From Halocafeteria seosinensis (Eukaryota), in assembly GCA_001687465.1 (NCBI GenBank), contig LVLI01000626.1, positions 1 through 58,314 on the forward strand: DNA of 58,314 bases, read 5' to 3'. This document shows, in pieces, positions 11,701 through 21,419 of this stretch. Position 1 is the first letter of the stretch. Each line of letters opens with the position of its first letter. Position numbers and translations under genes: made by a program. The notes below the pieces were generated by a model that did not search any database, had not been told where the DNA came from, and saw only the letters and a list, made by a program, of their open reading frames with translations.

Positions 11701-13477
11701 GCAAAATTTAAACAGAAATCGAACGAATGGGCGGAAGAAAGGTAGCCGCTATAACGAGGAAACCAGCTCGAAGCCCAAGCAAAAGGAGAATAGTAGAGTT
11801 TTTGGTTCCAAGAAACACGGTCGAAATTCAGGGGAGCTGTCCACAACAAATCGTCAAGGTAGCCCTTCTCACGACGATCATATTGGGGAAACAGATCGTA
11901 AAGTGATTGATACGAAAGACAAATGGGGTCGGGACGATGCTTACACTCCTTCCACTCCACACCGTAAATCAGTGGCCTTTGAGATTCCTTCAGGGAACCG
12001 GTACGATCCCAAGAAGGCTCAAAGGGTGGCTAAAAAACTGGCAGAATCAGATTTAGCGACGTTTCTCGAGAAAGAGACACCTCAACGCTCTAAGAGTACT
12101 CCGGACGGTTCAACACAAAATGATGAAGGTCCGCAACGGAGCTTCCGGCAACAAGCTGAAGATCGGAGCAAGTTGATGCCAATGTTAAGAAACTCTGGCA
12201 AGTCTAAAACGGCACCTCATAGGAAGCGTTCTCGGTCACAACCTGAGAGAGGGAAGCGTCTCAGCAGCATGCGGGTGAGCACAAAGACAAGCGATGCTCC
12301 GGAGCAAAAGACTTTCTCTATGAATCGGAGCAACCACGCTGAGGCTCTAGAAGCCCAGCGACATGTCAACTCGCTACAGCATGGGGATTCTGTGGAAGAG
12401 CAGAGTGATGTTTCCTCTGAAAATAGTGCCAATTCAGATCCACTCCCCCGGCGTCAACCGATTTCTTACGCAACACTAGGATACAGCGGGTTTTTGGGCC
12501 TTCTTGAGCCATCAAAGCACGGTAGCACTGGGATAGTTAGGCACAATAACCATGACCGCATTACATCGGCACTGAAAAACGTCATTTTCGCGGCAGAGGC
12601 GCAACAGAGCCAGTTTGATAGAGCACAAAATGCAATTGCGAAGAACCGCGATAGCATCATCGTGTGTATCTTTGCTACGGACGGTCGCGAGCGCCGACAG
12701 TTTCTCGGATTAGGCGCAATGAGCGATGATTTGACTATTGCGCGCAAGATATTTGGGACTAGCTCTTGTCCTAAGACTCTGGATGGTACGGCGATGAAAA
12801 TACTGTACAAGTACGATACCTCCACGCGCACGTTTAAGCCCCTGATGAGTTCGTCGTTTACAGTATCAACTGACGGTATTGGTGTCGATCCGCATCATAT
12901 AAAGGTGTCAGGACTGCAGAGTACACGAGCGCCCGCCAGGGCATTGTTGGGTCAAGGCAGAACTTTAGGACAAGACTGCGGACTACTTCTGGAGGATCAA
13001 TCAGGTGTTGGGATTGGTGGCGAGGGCGCAACAACATTACGAGGCTCAATGAGTGCTAGGATACATTCAGCGCGATTATCCATTGATAGCAATAGCTTCC
13101 GTCGTGGAGATCTATCCAATACGCATGCAGAGATTGATTGGCGTAAATCTGACGACGATGAGTACGGCACACCCACAGTGTCGGAGTCCTGGATCCCACT
13201 TACTAGTAGCCCTCCACAGAGTTCCTTGTATGCCTCTTCTTACACTCAGCCAGTGTCAATTGAGCTGGGAACAACAGATCTCAGAACTACGCCTTCCACG
13301 CCCTCCAATGTCCGCTCGCTGGATGCGACTGTGCCTCAACCGACTACCAGCCAAGTCGTCAGTGAAAATGAGTCCGTTTCCCGTCATGAGAGCGGGAAGC
13401 CCACAGTACCAGATGTCGAACAAGAATGGATCGGGATGGAGGATGATGCAAGTAATAACTACTCAACTATTGGGTAA
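8711..13477 (+). CDS. Microtubule-associated protein: N-terminal CAP-Gly, long coiled coil, CKK-like domain near the C-terminus; intron 8921-9004
   Basis: Spliced CAP-Gly signature GRVRYIG...WVGIELDSPWGNTDGSVD|GYRYFSCSPGYGLF; E/K/Q/L heptad region about 9700-11450; CKK-like block about 12535-12895. Confidence 0.85.
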
Positions 13478-14323
13478 GTTAAAGACCTTATTTGCGAACT
13501 CTAATGTAGCGATAATGTTTTCTACTTTATGAATATACCACAATTTTAGTTTTTCTGTACCTTATTCTGGCCGTCATTTCAGTCTAAGAGCGCAGGTACT
13601 CACGATAGGAAATGCTTGGAACGACGAGTACAATTGTGGTCAGGGCAGCGTACTGCCGCTCCTTGAGGGATGAACTCGTCTTTCTCGACACTGTTCAGAA
13701 GTCATTTTTCTTTATGTTTGAGCCACTGGTCACCATTTACTAACAAACTTCCTCTTACGAGGAATTGCAGATGTTTCTGTTACTTGAGGACCACGAGAGC
13801 CATAACTGGCCACTTTCTGCACACCAGCATAGATAAAGGTGTTACTTGATAAAAGAAAACATGTTAGTTCTAGTGAAATCAAAAAATTTTCAACAATTTA
13901 GTTTGTCTCTAAAGGGATGAGATCCTCGGGTTACCATACGCCAAGCTGTTTGACCATTCTGTGAGAAGCGAATGCAAACTAAGTACCACAACACGAAAGG
14001 AAAATTGATGCGAAGTGTACCCCCAAAAACACAGAAATACGTACTTTTGTAGTCGCATTAGTACGTTCGAAAGAAGTATCTAGCAAAATGTCGACTACAC
14101 CCAATTTTCCAGCACAAAAGCTCTGATCAAGTTCTCCACTACGGTATACGTAAGTTCAACTCTGTCTGCTCTCAAAGTTTGAAGTCGAGCGAGACAAAAT
14201 TTGCTTGAAAGTTAATTGAGAAGTTTGTCGCTGTCTTGTATGGCATAGGGTCGTGAGTACATGAAACATACGTTGAAAGAAACAGACCATATCATATCAC
14301 GAACAGGAAAGCACGTACATACA

Positions 14324-14811
14324 ATGGCGGCTGTGGCGAATCCGGATGAGGATGTGCAGATGGAGCAGAATGAGGAGAAGGGGGACAATGAGACACAACA
14401 ACAACAGGGAAAGCGCTTCGAAGTGAAAAAATGGATGCCCATTGCTATGTGGAGCTGGAACATACAACAGGTAAGATACATCGAGCAGCCATAGCAGAAG
14501 CAGCAGGGGCAGTGATGGACTCCTCTTTTGCCTTCCTACTCGTATACGCAACTGTGCTCAAGTGGTTACGTCTTTTTGAGGATATATCATTGTGTATGTA
14601 TGTACAGGACAATTGTGCGATTTGCCGTAACTCGCTATATGAACCCTCCATTGACCACCAGTCGATTGGGAATCCAGATGTGACGATTGCCTGGGGGTCG
14701 TGCAATCACTGCTTTCATTTAGAATGCATTCAACGCTGGCTCAAGACGAGGAATGTATGCCCCTTATGTACAACGGAATGGGAATATCAAAAGATCCAAA
14801 AAGTCGTGTAA
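14324..14811 (+). CDS. RBX1: RBX1/ROC1-like RING-H2 protein, 2 exons (14324-14470, 14608-14811)
   Basis: KRFEVKKWMPIAMWSWNIQQ|DNCAICRN...AWGSCNHCFHLECIQRWLKTRNVCPLC..EWEYQK; GTAAGA...TACAG intron. May be a paralogue rather than the orthologue. Confidence 0.88.
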
Positions 14812-15069
14812 TAGCCTTACTGAAAGTGTCGTTGTGCGTCGTCGATGTCAGTGAGAGACATACACATGTGACGTGTTCCACTGTCTCTTTGGAACGAGAA
14901 AGTTATGTGCTCAGTAGCGTAGTACCCCCATAATAATGCTCAAAAGGAGAATTGCATATTGGAGATGATGAGTGATTGAAAGTGGGATAAATAGAGAAAG
15001 AAAGAGTTAGCCCGAATTGATAAACTACTACAAAGAGAGGAACCACATGTGTGTGTACATCATTCTTAG

Positions 15070-16826
15070 TTAGTCAACATCATCAAAGCCAGCAGCTGAG
15101 ACTAGTTTCTGTGGATTCGGTCGTGCTGCTTCTACCGTAGAGCGCTTCTGCTGTTCACGCCACGCTTTTTCTTTTGATTCTTCTTCATCTTCCTGCAACA
15201 ACTCAAACGTTCTCGTTCCAATCAGGTGACGTTTAGCTTTGGCTTCTTCTTGATGGCCTCCCGTTGTTTCGGTGGCACTTCTTGTATATGTCACTTCGCT
15301 ATTTTCACTCTCCCCATCGCGAGGAATAGCTGTGGAAACCTGGTGGAAATTTGGCTGATCATTTTCACTCTCGTCTCTCTGGATGTAGTTAACAAGGACG
15401 TTAATAGCGTATGCTGTCTTCTCGTCGTCGGGGTTGAGACCTTCTTCTGTATTATTTCCGCGCTCATCAGGTTCTAATTGTCTCGGTAGTTTTTCTCCAA
15501 CACGATCCTGTGATATGTGCTCTTCATTGTTGTTGGCTCCGGTTCCGCGTTCTTCTTCCTCAGCGAGGGCGCGAGCACTACGTCGTGCAACCGCCGAGCT
15601 CGCTTGCTCATCATCTGCACTTTCCTCACTTGGATGAACTCCTTCTATCCATTCGTGAAGACTCTTTATAATCTTATAAACACAAAGCTTTCTCATTACT
15701 TCACGGCCTTTGCGATTTCCTGCAATTAAAACTAAGGCTTCCACTAATAAGCGTCGGGTCTCTGCATCTGGTTCATGTCGTTTTGAGCTTCCGAGTTCCA
15801 CCCATTCCCTGGGCATTTTCTCTACGTCGTCTATATCTTGGGGTTCTGGCCCGGCTAGCGGTGTGACGATAGTTTCAATTAAACGCAGTGAGCGAGAAAG
15901 TAAGTAGTCTTCTTTCTTGTGTATCTCAAAGCAGCAGTTCCTCACCGTCCCCGCTATCCCGCGGCGACGAATGACACTTCGCTCTGAAAGTTGTTGTAAT
16001 AAAATAGACAAAAGATTTCGTGATGGTTCTAATACGATTTCCCTGGCATCTTCCATTTGGCTACAGTTCTGAAGCACAGTTGCCACATATTCAAATTCGT
16101 CGTCTTCGCCGCTTCCTTTGGGGTCCAAGCTAAACCATTGGATTAGCCTTCTAAGATGCAGCCCCTTAAGTTTTCTGTTCTGGTCATTAAGTTGTAGTAT
16201 TTGTACGCATCCTTCGGGCGTGTGGCTCAGATTACTTAGCAGAATTACACAGAGACGCTTGTTCTCACAAGACGGTTCCTGCAGGCCACGGAATATGTAC
16301 AAGTCAAGTGGTGTTCCCGGCTGAATGTGGATCACATACATACCATTAGTGTGGACATTATATTATCTACAATGTTCCCTTTGAATAGCTGTTCCAGACT
16401 CCCTGTATGATCCGACAAGTTGATCAGACACTTCAAGGCATCCTTTGCGATAGACTGCGGCAAATGTCAGTACCCAGGATTCCAGGAAGCAAGTTGAGCC
16501 GGCGATGACCAAGACCCTTACATTGAAATCTCCCAACAACCGCGATAATCTTCGTGGTATTTCCACTTGCACTAATTGCTGCTTGACAGACTCATCCACT
16601 GTCATTCCGAGGAGGTTGGCGACAGCGACGCGGCGAACCTGGATAAAATTAACACACGACCAAAGAAGTAAGGTCATCCACGGCTTTTGTCAAGTAATCC
16701 ACAGCCAGCTTCTTTGTCAGACAGTGGAAATGAACGTACTTCTGGCTTGGAATGGGTCAAGAAATCAGCCAATTCCTTGAACTGCGCGTCTGAAGTTGAA
16801 GTGTCAGTACTCCCGCCCGACATCAT
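15070..16826 (-). CDS. HGH1: HGH1/FAM203 homologue (ARM-repeat eEF2 chaperone), 4 exons
   Basis: ELADFL...VRRVAVANLLGMT, ILLSNLS, FEYVATVLQNCSQ, IRRRGIAGTVRNCCFE, PLAGPE, KRHEPD..RRLLVEAL; introns 16739-16639, 16521-16455, 16343-16279 restore frame. Confidence 0.88.
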
Positions 16827-17164
16827 TCGTTCAGCCGACCCTTCTTTTCTATTCCAATAGTGACGTCCTGTTCGTACCAATGCTTGCTAATGAACGAATA
16901 AAACTCTGCTATGTGTACCAAGTCACCGAAGCATCCCATACATATACATACTACACGCTTCTCGCTCCGGGGAGTCCTCGCTCGGGGCCGGGCCATCCGC
17001 CCGGATTCTGCTTCCACTTGGGTGAACGAAAAGATCGCCGGCTTGCCTCAGGAGCGAGTGACTCTGGCTGACCATGGATCTGCAAGCTCCATTATCGTCG
17101 GCGTGTTGTTTCCCCTCTCTTCTTGTGTGTAACACAGAAAGGCAGACTCAAACGAGAGTTGGAG

Positions 17165-17640
17165 GTAAGTGCTGATATCCATCTGATTGGTGGCAATAGA
17201 CTGACCAAGGGCAGCCTGTTATCTGTGACGAAGGGTACCTCTGTGGTCGGAGAGGTTCACAGCAGGTTGATCGCCCCTTGGAGGCCCCCCGTGGGTTGCA
17301 CCCGGACCTTTTTTGTTGTGTTTCTCCTCTCTCCTGGGGGAGCCAGAGGAAAGACTTCACTGTATACTCACTTGTATGGTTGTGTGTGGCTTGCATAATG
17401 CTCGGACAACTTTTATCTGGACAGAACATTGGCTTAACCTATCAAAGGTAAGAATTATAACCTTCCGTAATGGTTGTGTACTGCCATATCCCCTTGCCAA
17501 AAGCATGAGGCCCCTTGCCGTGGGCTTGGATAGACATACACCTAGTCCAGTTGCACTAGTGGCGGCGTGGCTGGTATCAAAATGAATGGATAATGAGCTT
17601 ATTTACTCATAACTCTGTTTTGTTGTGTGTGTTGGCACAG
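17165..17640 (+). other. Predicted 5'-UTR introns of RPS3A (17165-17424, 17448-17640) flanking a 23-nt non-coding exon
   Basis: GAG|GTAAGT at 17165, TGGACAG| at 17424, AAG|GTAAGA at 17448, TG-rich tract plus CACAG| directly before ATG 17641. Confidence 0.6.
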
Positions 17641-18435
17641 ATGGCAATAGGAAAGAACAAAAAACTGGGCCGTGCCCGTAAAGGTGGGAAGAAGAAAGCC
17701 GTAGATCCCTTTACCAAGAAGGACTGGTATGATGTCCGCGTCCCATCTATTTTCGAAAAGCGCATCGTTGGAACTACCCCCGTTAACCGCACTGTAGGGA
17801 AGAAGCTTTCATCTGATTCCTTGAAGGGGAGAGTGTTTGAGATTTCCTTGGGTGATCTCAAGAGCTCCGCCGAAGAGCAGGAATTCCGTAAAATGCGATT
17901 GGTCGTCGAAGAAGTGCAGGGAAAGAACGCCTTATGCAATTTCCACGGCATGACTTTCACTCGCGATAAATTGTGCAGCTTGGTGAGAAAGTGGACAACC
18001 CTGATCGAAGCCAGCGCTGACGTGAAGACCACCGACGGCTACGTCGTGCGATTATTCTCGATTGGTTTCACCAAGAAGGCTCCCAACCAGGTGCGCAAGA
18101 CCAGTTATGCTCAGTCTTCTCAAATCCGAAATATCCGTAAGCGAATGGTAGAAACCATGTATAGTGAAGCATCTAAGTTGGATATAAAGACTCTGTTCGA
18201 GCGATTGATGGTGGAAACCATTGGCAAGGAGATCCAGAAGAAAGCAGAAGCCATCTATCCCTTACGTGATGTCTTCATTCGCAAGGTTAAGATCCTCAAG
18301 CGACCAAAATTCGACCTCAACCGTTTAATGGAATTGCACGGTGACTCTGGAGAAGACACTGGCAAGGCTCTTGCTCAATCACAGATTCAAGAGGGAACTG
18401 TAGAGACCCTCGAAGGAGCTGGTGGTCGCTTGTAA
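17641..18435 (+). CDS. RPS3A: 40S ribosomal protein S3a (eS1)
   Basis: [82 protein letters not shown]. Confidence 0.99.
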   Translation: MAIGKNKKLGRARKGGKKKAVDPFTKKDWYDVRVPSIFEKRIVGTTPVNRTVGKKLSSDSLKGRVFEISLGDLKSSAEEQEFRKMRLVVEEVQGKNALCNFHGMTFTRDKLCSLVRKWTTLIEASADVKTTDGYVVRLFSIGFTKKAPNQVRKTSYAQSSQIRNIRKRMVETMYSEASKLDIKTLFERLMVETIGKEIQKKAEAIYPLRDVFIRKVKILKRPKFDLNRLMELHGDSGEDTGKALAQSQIQEGTVETLEGAGGRL

Positions 18436-19036
18436 GGTGCTCAACCTCTGTACACCGCTAAGAACAATATGTTCACGCACGGAGGGGACATGAGCATAGA
18501 TTTGCTTTTTCATTAGAGCAACCGTCGCTGTTGTAGGTATACCGACTACCACACAGTAAAAAAATGGAGCTTGAATTAGAAATGTTTCCCATTCAGTTGT
18601 ACGTTTGAGGGACGGGCAATCCAGCCAATGTTTGCTCTAGCTCAGTACACTATCAAAAATACACCGAGGGGAAACACTTGATCTACCTCCATGATACATA
18701 TGCTGTTGCTTGGCAGCATCCGACCATCATCATCCATGCATGAAAATGCCATTAACGTTGTTCCGCAATTTCGGTGACACTGTACATCTACGGTAAAGGA
18801 AATTCTTGTGCGAGTATACGGGATGGCTCTTCGACGAAGAGACTTCGGAAGAGTCTTCGTTTGATTCCGTACGATATGACGTCATTCTTCGACGAACAAG
18901 TTCGCTCCTTTATCGTCCTCGTTTGTGTTCCGGATTGATTTGCTCGTAAGTGCACGAATGTATACATACGAGCACAAGCATTCGCGTGTCTGGGTAGTGG
19001 GGAGCCGCAATTATAGAAATTGTGTGGGTCGAGTCT

Positions 19037-20975
19037 ATGCAGAGGCAGCTGAATCACGTGGATCAGCAGGAGCCGGGGGTGGTATCATTGGCCAGGAAAG
19101 GAGCTAGCATCGCTGAGTTCTCCCTGTCCACTCCATTATTGACCACAAAACAAGCTTTAGAAGCAAAGAGTGCGTCTTTTTCCTCTGCACGAGGCACACA
19201 CAGGGAGAAAATGGGGCATGACAAGGGTGCGACATCCTTGCCCTTCCCCACCGAGGAAGAGGTTGTTGGGTATGCCTCCTCTACCTCCAAAACACACAGC
19301 AGCCACAAAGCCGTGCTCGGACAAGCTCGAGATTCCTTCATCGAAGACCCGGAGGAGATCCAAGCTATGGAACAGGTGATTTACGAGGCGCAACAAAAGG
19401 AGCTGGAGAAGAAGAGGGGACCTAACGGCCAACTTGTGGCCGAAGAGGAAGATGTCGTGCCTAACTGGTTCGCCGCCGTGATGACGTATTTCAGCTATGC
19501 TGTGCTTATTTTGTTCGGGCACCTCCGCGATTTCTTCGGATGGATAACTGGCTCCTCACGGTATTTTAAGAGACCGGAACAAAAGGGGGAACAGGAACTT
19601 CCTCCGCTGCTAAAAGATTGGGAGAATTTCTACACACGAAGACTGTACCACAGAATTCAAGATTGTTGGAATCGTCCAATTAATGGAGCTCCCATGGCAA
19701 GTACTCTGGGAATACTGGATCGTGTAAGTGACGACGGAAACTGCACACTCAGGCTAAGTGGTGAAGTATCTCAGTGTATCAATCTCGGCTCGTACAACTA
19801 CCTTGGGTTCGCTGACGACTGGTCCTACACATGCAAGGATTCTGTCATGAAAGCTCTGGACCGCTTTAACGTCAGCTGCTGTAGCTCCTCTGCTGAGGCG
19901 GGGTACACGACGTTGCACCGCCGTCTCGAGAAGCTGGTGGCGAGATTCGTTGGGAAGCCTGATGCGGTCGTGTTCAGCATGGGCTACGGCACAAATGTAT
20001 CGGCTATACCAGCGCTAATGGGAAAGGATACGCTGATCTTGAGTGATGCGCTGAACCATACGTCTATCGTAAATGGAAGCAGGTCGTCCAAAGCGGTGAT
20101 ACGTGTATTTCGGCACAATGGTAAGTACTATTCCGCTTTGTTCAATTCTTGATGTGTTGTGTATCAATGTGCATGGCTGGTGAACAGATGTTCGTCATCT
20201 AGATGCTTTGTTAAAGAACGCCATAGTCGAGGGAGAACCATCGACCCGACGTCCATGGAGGAAAATCCTTGTTATGGTGGAAGGGATCTACAGTATGGAA
20301 GGAGAAATTATTAATCTCCCCCAGATTGTGAAAGTGTGCAAAAAATATAAGGCGTACTTATACGTGGACGAAGCTCACTCTATCGGTGCGCTGGGACAAA
20401 ATGGGAGAGGTGTGTGTGAGTACTGGCAGGTGGATCCCGCTGAAATTGATGTACTAATGGGCACGTTTACCAAGAGTTTTGGTGGCATGGGTGGCTACAT
20501 TGCTGCATCCAAAGAGTTTTGCGCCTGCCTTCGACACCAGACCGCAGGTGCTGTCTACTCGAATTCCATTTCGCCAGTGGTATGCCAGCAAATATTGTCG
20601 GCTTTTAGAATCATAGCTGGGTTAGATGGCAGTGACGTAGGGTCGCGAAAACTGGCTGCGGTGCGAAGGAATAGTAACTATTTCCGTGCAAAACTTGAGT
20701 CGATTGGGGCGTCTGTCCTTGGAGATTGGGATTCTCCTGTGATTCCTCTGCTGCTTTTCCATCCAGCAAAGATTGCCGCATTTTCGAGGGAATGTAAAAA
20801 ACGTGGTTTGGCTGTCGTTGTGGTAGGGTTTCCGGCCACGCAGCTAACTCTAAGTCGATCTCGATTCTGTGTCAGTGCTGGGCACACCAAGAAAGACCTC
20901 GATATGGCCGTACAGTTAATTGAGGACGTAACGAAGGTGCTGTTGTTGCGATACAACAAGAGTCTTGTTGGGTGA
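19037..20975 (+). CDS. LCB2: Serine palmitoyltransferase catalytic subunit LCB2/SPTLC2; intron 20121-20187; start codon uncertain (19037 or 19211)
   Basis: FYTRRLYHRIQDCWNRPI, NLGSYNYLGFA, SDALNHTSIV, VEGIYSMEG, DEAHSIGA, PLP-lysine motif GTFTKSFG, AVVVVGFPAT. Confidence 0.97.
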
Positions 20976-21419
20976 AGTGTTGACCGCACTTATAAATCAA
21001 CATCAACATGTATGGCGCTAGTTATATTTTGTACCTGGCTTCCAGAATGGGACCTCAATCAGTCAACGAGAGGGAGCCAAGAAATATGTCCACCTAGTGT
21101 ATCGCTGTACGTTATGGGTAGAACAAGAGACGATAGAAGGCACATGCGATCTCTGTAATACCCACAAACGATGTGTTACTTGTATAAGTGTGTACGCATA
21201 GAGCTTAATTGGGAATGAGAGGTCATACACCCACCCCGTTTCCCACTCTTGCTGTCTTCCTCCCCGTGGGAATTTTTCAGTATGTGACTTCCTTTATTGG
21301 GTGAAGTGCGTCCAGCACAGTACACAAAGTGTGAGCGACCATTCCTAGTAGTTACATGAGGAAGGGCTGCCACGCCTTGCAGAGCTAAGACAGATTTAAT
21401 TCCATTTACATGAGGGACG

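Noticed and set aside
17205..17281. Hairpin considered as SECIS, SRP RNA or TPP riboswitch
   Set aside because: It lies 5' of the CDS and lacks the SECIS quartet and apical AA, the SRP helix-8 motif and the TPP conserved core
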